IMG/VR virus record: IMGVR_UViG_3300026097_000008
Span: 1-64,000 of that record
Length of the DNA: 64,000 nt
Source of the DNA: a virus
Reading direction: 5' to 3' (one strand)
Below the pieces are notes generated by a model. That model worked only from the letters and a program-made list of their open reading frames with translations. It had not been told where the DNA came from and did not search any database. Position 1 is the first letter of the stretch; each line of letters starts with the position of its first letter. Of the stretch, positions 7,557 through 15,925 are shown in pieces. Position numbers and translations under genes: made by a program.

Positions 7557-8558
7557 ATGCAAAACATTAAAATCACAGAAGGGTACTACAAGATTCGAGG
7601 CAAAGACACATCAGTGGCTGGACTTGTGTTTCCCCTAGTAGAAGAATTTAAAGTAGGCAACAAAGGCGGCTATGTCACAGTAGACGGCCGAGCAATTGCA
7701 GGCTTCCCAGACCGTAATATCAAAATCAGTTGCGGTGGCCCGGAGGACTACGAGCTTGTTGGTGCAGACGTATCAGTCAGCCAGCGAGAAGAGACAGACG
7801 AAGAGATCATTGAGCGCCTGCGAGAGCGTTTCGACATGCTAAAGGAAATGACCAAAGCTGTCAAGAAAGGCGATGTGCGAGCGATGATTGTTTCGGGTCC
7901 TCCGGGCGTAGGTAAGAGTCACGGCGTAGAAGAAGTGCTAGACCGCTACAAGATGATGGAGACACTTGGCGGCACCAAGAAGTACGAAGTCGTCAAAGGT
8001 GCTATGAGCCCGATCGGATTGTACGTAAAGCTTTTCAAATATGCAGACAAAGACAATGTATTGGTGTTCGACGACTGTGATTCAATCTTCGACGAGCCGC
8101 TTGCTCTTAATATTTTAAAAGCTGCGCTTGATAGCAAGAAGACACGTACCATTCACTGGAACACAGATTCATTCAAGTTGCGCAACGAAGGAGTGCCAGA
8201 CAGTTTCAAGTTCGAAGGTAGCTGTATCTTTATTACCAACCTGAAGTTTGATAACGTTAAGAGCAAGAAACTACGTGATCACCTTTCAGCACTAGAGAGC
8301 CGTTGTCACTATATGGATCTTACCATTGACACAGAGCACGAGAAGATGCTCAGAATCAAACAGGTGATCCGCGACGGTATGCTAGATACATATGAGTTCG
8401 ATGAAGAACTCAACGAAGAGATTATCGACTTTGTCGATATAAACAAGAAGCGACTGCGTGAGCTGTCATTAAGAACAGTACTTAAGGTCGCCGACTTGGC
8501 CAAAGCTTTTCCCAGCAATTGGGAGGCGATGGCTGAAAACACTGTGATGTCGCGTTAA
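7557..8558 (+). CDS. AAA+ ATPase
   Basis: Walker A GPPGVGKS, Walker B VLVFDDCD, sensor-1 IFITN, ALESR; promoter at 7498; GAGGGC at 7548. Confidence 0.9.
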   Translation: MQNIKITEGYYKIRGKDTSVAGLVFPLVEEFKVGNKGGYVTVDGRAIAGFPDRNIKISCGGPEDYELVGADVSVSQREETDEEIIERLRERFDMLKEMTKAVKKGDVRAMIVSGPPGVGKSHGVEEVLDRYKMMETLGGTKKYEVVKGAMSPIGLYVKLFKYADKDNVLVFDDCDSIFDEPLALNILKAALDSKKTRTIHWNTDSFKLRNEGVPDSFKFEGSCIFITNLKFDNVKSKKLRDHLSALESRCHYMDLTIDTEHEKMLRIKQVIRDGMLDTYEFDEELNEEIIDFVDINKKRLRELSLRTVLKVADLAKAFPSNWEAMAENTVMSR

Positions 8559-8713
8559 TGCCCTCGACGCTATCACAGTTAATAGATATGATTATTGAGC
8601 AACAGCCCTCACTGCTCTGATCATATCACAAGGTGTCAGATGCAAGCCCTCACGCTCTGCACCGCTCTAGCCCTAGCAGGATGTGCCCTCGTCCAATGCT
8701 AGGGCTTTTTTTT
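8541..8713 (+). ncRNA. Four-hairpin candidate sRNA/3'UTR with GCCCUC loops, ending in an intrinsic terminator
   Basis: GCCCTC at 8560, 8605, 8646 and 8685, each at the apex of a different stem. The last stem, AGCCCTAGCA/TGCTAGGGCT, is followed by a T-run. Confidence 0.8.
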
Positions 8714-8788
8714 GATCTTTTCGGTTGACAGCACTGCTGAGTGGTGCTATAGTATATGTATAGTTAGAACAAACGGAGGGCAATCCAA

Positions 8789-9010
8789 ATGTCAACAGAA
8801 CTTAGAAATGTACCAGGATGTGTAGCACAGAATGAATTGCGTCAGACTCGCTTCTGGGGTGGCAAGAATCGTCAGACCTGTGTACAAGTCACAAACCGCA
8901 ATGGTGAGTTCCTGCAACTGGACAAGTTCCAAGCTCGTGCATTGGCTGTAGAGTTGATGCTGTTCGCAGAAGGTCGTGAAGTTGAAGAATTCGAAATGGA
9001 GGAAGTGTAA
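8789..9010 (+). CDS. Early hypothetical protein
   Basis: Promoter at 8725; GAGGGC at 8776. Confidence 0.8.
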   Translation: MSTELRNVPGCVAQNELRQTRFWGGKNRQTCVQVTNRNGEFLQLDKFQARALAVELMLFAEGREVEEFEMEEV

Positions 9011-9156
9011 TGGACCTTTGGGATCGAGTGATTGAGCAACTGCGCAAAGACATTGAAGAGGGCGAAGTGATGCCCATGTACGAAATGCTTCAGCAGGTGC
9101 CCAAGGATGTGTTGATCGCATACTTGCCGGAAGAGGAAGCAGCAGATGTTGGATGA
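9010..9156 (+). CDS. Small acidic hypothetical protein (48 aa)
   Basis: TAATG coupling; GGAGG RBS. Confidence 0.6.
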   Translation: MDLWDRVIEQLRKDIEEGEVMPMYEMLQQVPKDVLIAYLPEEEAADVG

Positions 9157-9247
9157 TCCATGTGATGATTGGTCGCAATTAGGGGTTGACAAAGCACACA
9201 AGTGATGGTATACTGTATATAACAGTTAGGGCAAAGAGGGAATACAA

Positions 9248-9427
9248 ATGCATATCAACGACATCTACGCATTGCGCACAGAGTTAGCCAAAGTATTATG
9301 CAACGAATCTGTGGACCGCACAGCCATCCGTGCATTGTTAAGTGCCGCACAAGAAGAGATCACAGAGTTCGAGAAGTACATGGAACAACGAGCACTTGAA
9401 GAAGAAGCACGGGAGTACGCAGAATGA
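9248..9427 (+). CDS. Hypothetical protein (59 aa)
   Basis: Promoter at 9186; GAGGGA upstream. Confidence 0.7.
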   Translation: MHINDIYALRTELAKVLCNESVDRTAIRALLSAAQEEITEFEKYMEQRALEEEAREYAE

Positions 9428-9534
9428 CACAGTACAACGAGAAGGCAGTAGACGAGGCAATCAAACGTGATCCTCGTATCAAAGGCAAAGAAGCCAAGCT
9501 GATCAAAGCACTATTGAAAGGTCGCAAACAATGA
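9424..9534 (+). CDS. Small basic protein (36 aa)
   Basis: ATGA overlaps at both ends; GGAG RBS. Confidence 0.6.
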   Translation: MTQYNEKAVDEAIKRDPRIKGKEAKLIKALLKGRKQ

Positions 9535-9806
9535 ACCAAACATATTTTGAAGCAACCCCGCAACAGAAGAAGCTGGCAGACATCGGACGAGCCATGATGG
9601 ACTTCTCCGAAGAGTACGGTAAGATCCACGGATTGAAAGCTGTCACAGACGACGGCCTGCGCACTCTCAACAACCTCAGCCAAGTAGGCTATATGCTGAC
9701 CACAGTTGGGGCTACCTTTGGTAAAAACTCTAAGAGCTTCTCAGAGGACGAGAAGAAATTAATTGCAGATTTCATTAACAAAAAGGTTGACATCGAGCGC
9801 AAGTGA
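9531..9806 (+). CDS. Hypothetical protein
   Basis: ORF coupled to the upstream gene. Confidence 0.75.
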   Translation: MNQTYFEATPQQKKLADIGRAMMDFSEEYGKIHGLKAVTDDGLRTLNNLSQVGYMLTTVGATFGKNSKSFSEDEKKLIADFINKKVDIERK

Positions 9807-9847
9807 TGGTATACTGTATATAACAGTTAGGGCAAAGGGCAAATACT

Positions 9848-10090
9848 ATGAAGCGCGATACACTGATCAAAAACCTAAACTCCAAGTTTAACCTTAACGC
9901 TGTTCCTTCAGAAGAGTGGGACGGTGCTGAAGGCGGCATTTGGATCCGCGACAACATCTGCAAGCCGGAAACAGACTACTACCCATATGCGGATGGCACT
10001 ATGCAGGACAACAAGTTGAATCGCTACTTGCGCAAGGCGGGTTGGTTTGCTGAGCCGTACGACAGCGAAACAATAATGATTTGGAAATAA
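9848..10090 (+). CDS. Early hypothetical protein
   Basis: Promoter at 9787; AGGGC occurs twice in the leader. Confidence 0.8.
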   Translation: MKRDTLIKNLNSKFNLNAVPSEEWDGAEGGIWIRDNICKPETDYYPYADGTMQDNKLNRYLRKAGWFAEPYDSETIMIWK

Positions 10091-10156
10091 GAGGTTGACA
10101 AGTGCCAAGGATGGCACTATACTTTATTAAACAGTTAAGCAAAAGAGGGCAAACTA

Positions 10157-10429
10157 ATGCGCACACTTAAAAACTTCATACAAGACAACAACCGCTGGAT
10201 GGCACTGTTCGGCAAGGCGGACATGACTTTCCCACTTACACAATCAGATGTAGATGACTTAGCACGTACACTAGACGCCAAGCTATCACCTGAGAACCTA
10301 CACTGCGATGGAGAGATCACTGTAGCAGAAGCCAATCGCAAGTACAACCGTTTGGCAACAACCTATCGCGAGCTGTGTGAGTACTGCGACTCAAAAGGCT
10401 TGCGTGAACCAACTGTATACGAACTCTAA
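10157..10429 (+). CDS. Early hypothetical protein (LSPENLHCDGE motif)
   Basis: Promoter at 10095; GAGGGC at 10145. Confidence 0.85.
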   Translation: MRTLKNFIQDNNRWMALFGKADMTFPLTQSDVDDLARTLDAKLSPENLHCDGEITVAEANRKYNRLATTYRELCEYCDSKGLREPTVYEL

Positions 10430-10498
10430 GAGGTTGACAAACAGTCAGCTTGAGCATATACTGTATAGACAATGAAGCAAACACAGAGGGCAAACTGT

Positions 10499-10840
10499 AT
10501 GAACATTCAAGAACTTAAGAACATCCTAGTTGAAGCACAGAACGCGGCAACAGCCAAGAGCATGGAAATGTATACTCAACACGGCGACGGTTGGGCATGT
10601 GGCTTTGCTTGGGTAAACATCTACAAGCATGAAGGCAAAGCAATCAAAGGCAACACCAAGCTGGGCAAGCTGCTCAAGCAAGCGGGTGTGCGTCAAGACT
10701 ACACACGAGCATTCCAGGTGTGGGGTGGTGAGTGGTACAACGGACAGAGCATTGACATCAAGGAAGCTGGTGCTAGGGCTTATGCAGATGTGCTCAAGCG
10801 TTATGGCTTCGAAGCTTACGCAGGCAGCAGACTAGACTAA
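10499..10840 (+). CDS. Conserved phage protein (CGFAWV motif)
   Basis: Promoter at 10434; GAGGGC at 10486; start ATG 10499. Confidence 0.85.
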   Translation: MNIQELKNILVEAQNAATAKSMEMYTQHGDGWACGFAWVNIYKHEGKAIKGNTKLGKLLKQAGVRQDYTRAFQVWGGEWYNGQSIDIKEAGARAYADVLKRYGFEAYAGSRLD

Positions 10841-10863
10841 CTGTTAAGCAACACTTAATAGTT

Positions 10864-10944
10864 GAGAGGTAGTCAAATGATTTGGCTACCTTTTTTATGC
10901 ACAACACACAGTCAAAAAAAAGCACAGCCCAAATGCTGTGCTTG
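10864..10944. terminator. Convergent intrinsic terminators
   Basis: AGGTAGTCAAA/TTTGGCTACCT plus T-run on +. A-run followed by AAGCACAGC/GCTGTGCTT for the - strand. Confidence 0.75.
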
Positions 10945-10961
10945 TATGTTAGTAGCGTATG

Positions 10962-11135
10962 CTACACGTCAAAGTTTAACAGTACTGCTTCCTCATCATA
11001 TGTGTAGTGTTCCGCATTGTACAGTTCAAGTTCTTTTGCGTTATAGTGCGAGAACGCAATAACGGGCAAGTGCTGTGGTAGTGCTTGTAGTTGTGCTACT
11101 AGTTGCGCTACTGTTAGTTGCTGTTGCTGTTGCAT
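10962..11135 (-). CDS. Early hypothetical protein (57 aa), convergent with the main early array
   Basis: Minus-strand promoter TTGACT-N17-TATTAT (11195-11167); GGAG RBS; MQQQQQLTVAQL. Confidence 0.75.
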   Translation of the reverse strand: MQQQQQLTVAQLVAQLQALPQHLPVIAFSHYNAKELELYNAEHYTYDEEAVLLNFDV

Positions 11136-11469
11136 ATGTGCTACTCCGTTTTGTTTACTGTTTATATATAATAGCACAACACACTAAAAAGTCAATCAAA
11201 ATTATTTTGAAAAAATTCTCAATGAAATCAATGGGGTCGGAGGTATAATTAGAAAATTTCTGAGGGGGTCGGCGTATACTATTGTTTTTGCTACAGTTTT
11301 TAGTTGCGCTTAATGATCTCCTTCTCTTCTCCCTTTTCTACCTTTCTACACACTACACAAAAATGGGGTGAGTGCAAATCACCACCTCACTTCTGTAAGT
11401 ACTTCACCTAAAAAAACTGCGCAGCAAATTTTTTACCCTGCAGGACCCATTTCGGGCTATAAGTACTGT

Positions 11470-11544
11470 ATGGAACCTTTATCTGCAATTGGTATAGTAT
11501 TCTTCACGGCTATAGTACTTGTACTACTAGGAGTGTTTGATTAA
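11470..11544 (+). CDS. Small hydrophobic peptide (24 aa)
   Basis: TATAAGTA-ctgt-ATG; MEPLSAIGIVFFTAIVLVLLGVFD. Confidence 0.45.
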   Translation: MEPLSAIGIVFFTAIVLVLLGVFD

Positions 11545-11773
11545 CCTCACTCACAGCGAACGCGAACTCTACACGAATACGAGCTAGCGAGTAAGAGTGT
11601 GTGAGTAGCGTGAGATGTCAGACGTAGCCATACGGCTGCTAAATACTCTTAGTACACACAGTGCTATGCACGGCAGTTTGAACATATGTCATACTTGCTA
11701 GTTGTTTATAGCTAGATAAGCTCAGCAGACTAGCCGCTGGCACTGTGTGTATGTTCAACTAGAGTATTCTTAT

Positions 11774-11989
11774 ATGTACACAGTCAAACTCATATACGAT
11801 CCAGAACCATACACTACTACGCTTAAAGAGTCAATCACATACTGTGCTACCATAGAACTATTTCTCAAAGGTATACACACAGTACAAGCAAGTGCTACAC
11901 GCATAGTGTTTGAGAGTGATCGTGACCGTATGCTAGGCTTGATATACTTGTCAGAGTCAACCAGCTTTACAGCAGTATGCATAGACTAG
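11774..11989 (+). CDS. Hypothetical protein
   Basis: ORF only; start uncertain. Confidence 0.45.
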   Translation: MYTVKLIYDPEPYTTTLKESITYCATIELFLKGIHTVQASATRIVFESDRDRMLGLIYLSESTSFTAVCID

Positions 11990-12258
11990 TACACGGTGAG
12001 ACTGTGTGTCAAAAGACTCATCTTTTAGTCGATCAGCATTTGCGGGGTGTTTTAGGGCTATAAAAACAGTCTGTCGTTATGGTTGAGACATTTTAGATTT
12101 TAAGTGTGCGCACAGTATCGTTGTACTGGAGAGCTGTTAAGTGCGTAGTTTAAGAGGGTAAAATTTTTGCTAAAATCTAGCTTCGCTAGCTGCTTCGCAG
12201 CTCTAGGCTTTTGCGCTGACCGCTGTGCGGCTTTTCTGGCGCGGACGCTTCGCGCTTG

Positions 12259-12786
12259 TTAAGCCTTAAGCGGATTGGGCTGCATTCCCCACACAGTAAG
12301 AGCCCAGCGTTCTCCTTGTTTAGGTGCTGTTGCTCTGTGCTCTAGTGTAGCCGGGAACAGTACGGCTTCACCTTTGCCTAGATCGTAGTAGTTGTCTCGT
12401 GTTTGGAACTGTGCGTGTGGTGCTGGTTCTAGTGTGCATGTAAGTGTGAGGCTGCGTATGCTTGAGCGATACTTACTGGGGATTAGGTCTTCGTGCCAGT
12501 CGTAGAACTCTCCTTGCTTGTAGCAGCTCACCTGATAAGGATGCTGTAGCCAAGTCACTGTGTAGTCATCACGACCTGTCATAGCGTCATAGAAGCGTCC
12601 TTGGTCTTCGAACTCTAACCAAGCTACTGTGTTTGATCTTACATCTCGATCATAGCCTGCTGTGGTTCTAGCTAGAGCAAGTTGATCCTGTGCTCTAGCT
12701 ATAATGTCATCACACTCTTGGGCTGTGAACAGTTGAAAAGGTTCTAGTATTTGTGGGTGGTGTTGTACCATTGACTTATACTCCAT
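12259..12786 (-). CDS. 2OG-Fe(II) oxygenase (prolyl hydroxylase-like)
   Basis: YDWHED...FPATLEHRATAP..GERWAL: HxD...H...R. Confidence 0.85.
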   Translation of the reverse strand: MEYKSMVQHHPQILEPFQLFTAQECDDIIARAQDQLALARTTAGYDRDVRSNTVAWLEFEDQGRFYDAMTGRDDYTVTWLQHPYQVSCYKQGEFYDWHEDLIPSKYRSSIRSLTLTCTLEPAPHAQFQTRDNYYDLGKGEAVLFPATLEHRATAPKQGERWALTVWGMQPNPLKA

Positions 12787-14390
12787 AGTTTAGCATCGCT
12801 TGTTTGTATATAGTCCGAATTGTTGTTGTGGCGAACCACACCTTGGCCGCTTACAATGTCTCCGTCCCTGTAGGCGAATGCTCGGGGAATATGTACATCT
12901 ATGTATTCGCCGTAGTTGGTGCCCAGTGTGAGGAACGTCACCCAACGACCGTTCTTGCCGCGAAACACTCTGCCGTTGGCAATTACACCTGCAAACTCTA
13001 CACGCTCTAACCATTTGGATTGCACACCACAGCGAGGTACGAACTCTTGTTGCCACCATCCTGGTTTAGTTTCGATTCCTCTGCGATGTGCTTCGCACTG
13101 ATACACCCACGGCCTATAGCTGCCTTGACAGTGTTTTAGATTTGCGGCCCAGAACGCTTCCGGGTTGTGTGCTTTCTGATATGCCAGTGCCCATATGAGA
13201 CGTCCAAGGTTGACTGCATGGGCGCGGCATAAGCCGAATCCACTGAGCTCCTGTAGTGCAGCCATTGCTTCGGCCTTGCGAGGGTTGTTGCCCAGCCTTT
13301 CAACAAATTCAAGAATCTTTTCATCGTTCTTTTTGGCAAATGCTCTCCTGTACATGTCTGCTTCATACATATCTACGCCGATGATATTTGAGATAATGTC
13401 AATAGCATCATCTTCAAACACAACAGCATCCTGTACAGCTTCTTGCGACCAGTCCTGGAACATGGCTGCTTTTTGTCTTCCGCTCATAGCCACAGGACGA
13501 ACCATAGCTGTTGCAAACACACAGTCGTATACTGACGTGGGCTGTATTGCTCTGAATAGTCTACGCATAGCAGGGCTCTCTCCTTGTGTGACACCTAGTA
13601 CATCGCCACGACGCAATAGCGCCGCTGTACGGTCGTCATATGCAGGATAATCAGCCAATGCTGTGTGCGGGTCAATCTCTAGTAGTTGGCTTAGTCCCCT
13701 GTTGGCGAGAATGTCAACCTTGAGATGTTCTAGATCTTCTATTTCATATTTGTCTAGTAGTATTTGATTGTCTTGTGTTATAAGTGATTTTGGTAATTGC
13801 CTTGTAAACATTACGATGCCTCCACAGTGTTTTGATATTGCTCTTTTCTTGCCTATCAGCTTGCGCTCTATGCGCTTGGCTTCTTTAGGATCAACCCCTA
13901 TGCCTTCATAGGTAAAGTTGCGTGGGAGCGTACCTGTGGCACCGAGTCGCTTGGCAGCTTCTCGTCGTGCGCTTTTTTCTTTGTAGGTGACATAGTTGCT
14001 CAGTCGAGCTGTCTTACCCGGCCATTTGCGGAATATCCTTTCCATGACTTCCGTCTGTCGATGATGTTCAAAGTCTATGTCCACGTCAGGCAAGTCGTCC
14101 CTCAAAGGGTTCATGAACCGTGCCACAGGTATGTTCCACTCTATTGGATCAACGTCTGTTATACCCAATAGATAGCACACAAGTGAACTGCCTGCTGACC
14201 CACGTGTCATGTGTTGTAGGTCTTCAGTGAGGTCGATGATATCACAAATTTGAAGGAAGTAATCAGTGAATCGCTGAGAGAGAATGAGCTCGAATTCTTC
14301 AGCTAAACGATTTTGATAGTTGTCTCCGGGTGGGATAGGCCTTTTGAATCGATTGAGTAGCCTCTGTATGTTTTCTAAATCTGTTGCCAT
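12744..14390 (-). CDS. dnaE: Truncated DNA polymerase III alpha-like protein (no PHP domain)
   Basis: RGSAGSSLVCYLLGITDVDP, PDVDIDF, HCGG, KVDIL, FGLCRAHA; C-terminal OB-like segment. Confidence 0.88.
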   Translation of the reverse strand: MATDLENIQRLLNRFKRPIPPGDNYQNRLAEEFELILSQRFTDYFLQICDIIDLTEDLQHMTRGSAGSSLVCYLLGITDVDPIEWNIPVARFMNPLRDDLPDVDIDFEHHRQTEVMERIFRKWPGKTARLSNYVTYKEKSARREAAKRLGATGTLPRNFTYEGIGVDPKEAKRIERKLIGKKRAISKHCGGIVMFTRQLPKSLITQDNQILLDKYEIEDLEHLKVDILANRGLSQLLEIDPHTALADYPAYDDRTAALLRRGDVLGVTQGESPAMRRLFRAIQPTSVYDCVFATAMVRPVAMSGRQKAAMFQDWSQEAVQDAVVFEDDAIDIISNIIGVDMYEADMYRRAFAKKNDEKILEFVERLGNNPRKAEAMAALQELSGFGLCRAHAVNLGRLIWALAYQKAHNPEAFWAANLKHCQGSYRPWVYQCEAHRRGIETKPGWWQQEFVPRCGVQSKWLERVEFAGVIANGRVFRGKNGRWVTFLTLGTNYGEYIDVHIPRAFAYRDGDIVSGQGVVRHNNNSDYIQTSDAKLWSISQWYNTTHKY

Positions 14391-14442
14391 TTTTAGCCTC
14401 TTGCTTTTACTTGTATGCCTAGTGCGCTACATTGCGCAAGAG

Positions 14443-14450
14443 TATTTATA
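14443..14450 (-). promoter_or_regulatory. T4-type late promoter TATAAATA
   Basis: Exact match upstream of dnaE. Exact copies also at 34464-34471 and 51657-51664. Confidence 0.7.
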
Positions 14451-14488
14451 ATTGGAGACAACAGCGGTGTGCAAAAAGAGACGATTAT

Positions 14489-15925
14489 TTAATCGCCTCC
14501 TAGATTGTTTAGAAACTGTCTTAGCTTGGTACTGTCTGTTTCAGCACGAATCTTACCTACTGTATCACCTTCAGTAGGATCTTCTTTTGGCTCACTAGAA
14601 CTGTTGTCAACCCCTTGGCCACCAGTGCGTTTGATTTGATCAAACACTGTTGACTTGCGTTTGTTGAACTCTTGATATTCTTCGTCCTCACCTAGGTCAC
14701 GTATGCGCAGGCTGTCCACGTCAAACTCCAAATCAATCTTTTGTCCTACGCCACTACTTGAACGTGTCTTCATCAACTGGATCTGATAGCGTCCACGTTC
14801 ACGCATAGCTCTACTTGTAAAGATACCGATCAAGTTGTCCGCTGTATTAATCTTAGATATGCCACCCGAGATGTGCGAGTGATCAAACTCAATCTCTTCT
14901 ACTGAGCTACGGTTCAACTGCGATGCTGTGACAAAGATACAGTTAAGTTCCATAGCCAAGTTGCGTAGCTCTTCCGACACATATTTGTCCTTGACAAACA
15001 AGTTTTCAGCACTGATTTTCTGTCCAATTGGATGCATCAAATCTAGATAGTCAATCAGCAGTACGTCTACTTTGCGGCCTGTTTTGATCTCATACTCTTT
15101 CAAGTAGGCCCTAATATCATTTGCGTTCTTGCCTGTGGGCATGTACTTGACTTGGAATGCACCACTCTTCTTGCCAATCATCTTGACCTTCATTTCAACA
15201 TCATCAATGCTCTTGAAAATGTCGCGTGTTGGAATGTCTGTGGTCATTGAATCAAGACGCATACTAACCAAGTTCTCTGAAAGCTCAAACGTCAAGTATA
15301 ATACATTCAAACCTGCTTCGCACCAGTTCACACCCATGTTCGCTAAGAACAAACTCTTACCAGATCCTGAACCACCTGCAAAGATATTCAGCTCGCCTCT
15401 GTTGAACCCACCGAATAGTTTCTTGTCCAACCCAGGCCACCCTGTGCTCACCTGTCCGTTTTTGTCTTTGATAGCTTCTAGTCTTGCTCGAGGATCCGCA
15501 AAGTAATCAGTACCAAGATCTTTCTGCAAGCCAATCTGTACAGCTTGCTTGACCAGTTCTTCACAGCGTCCATACTCACCGTTCTCTAGCAAGTCTGCGC
15601 TTTTGAGAATAGCTGCCTCTAGTGCTTTGTGTTTAGAGAACGTTTCAAAGTCCTGCAACAACCAGTCATAGTGATTCTCTTGTAGTTGTCCTGGGTCTTT
15701 CAAGTTAGTGTCTGTAGCAGCATTCACCATATCAAATGTAGGCAATGCGTTGTGCTCTTCTACATATGTTTTAATAAACTTAGCCGGCTCTATCAAACGT
15801 CTGTCAAATGTCATAGGATCAAACACACCCTGACAGCGTACAAAGCTCTCAGCGTCTGTCATAAACATTTCTAGATATACCTTCTGTATATCATAACCAT
15901 AATCTGTGTTCTGTCTAGTTGTCAT
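14489..15925 (-). CDS. Replicative helicase, T4 gp41/DnaB-like
   Basis: GGSGSGKS, YLTFELS, LLIDYLD, TASQLNR, KTR. Confidence 0.95.
   Translation of the reverse strand: MTTRQNTDYGYDIQKVYLEMFMTDAESFVRCQGVFDPMTFDRRLIEPAKFIKTYVEEHNALPTFDMVNAATDTNLKDPGQLQENHYDWLLQDFETFSKHKALEAAILKSADLLENGEYGRCEELVKQAVQIGLQKDLGTDYFADPRARLEAIKDKNGQVSTGWPGLDKKLFGGFNRGELNIFAGGSGSGKSLFLANMGVNWCEAGLNVLYLTFELSENLVSMRLDSMTTDIPTRDIFKSIDDVEMKVKMIGKKSGAFQVKYMPTGKNANDIRAYLKEYEIKTGRKVDVLLIDYLDLMHPIGQKISAENLFVKDKYVSEELRNLAMELNCIFVTASQLNRSSVEEIEFDHSHISGGISKINTADNLIGIFTSRAMRERGRYQIQLMKTRSSSGVGQKIDLEFDVDSLRIRDLGEDEEYQEFNKRKSTVFDQIKRTGGQGVDNSSSEPKEDPTEGDTVGKIRAETDSTKLRQFLNNLGGD

Noticed and set aside
8541-8713. GCCCTC repeats as a mini-CRISPR
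   Set aside because: The shared part is only 6-7 nt and sits in hairpin loops; no cas genes are in the window.
6795-9010. Three early proteins ending in EEV
   Set aside because: Explained by the embedded GGAGG SD plus TAA(G)ATG coupling to the next gene.
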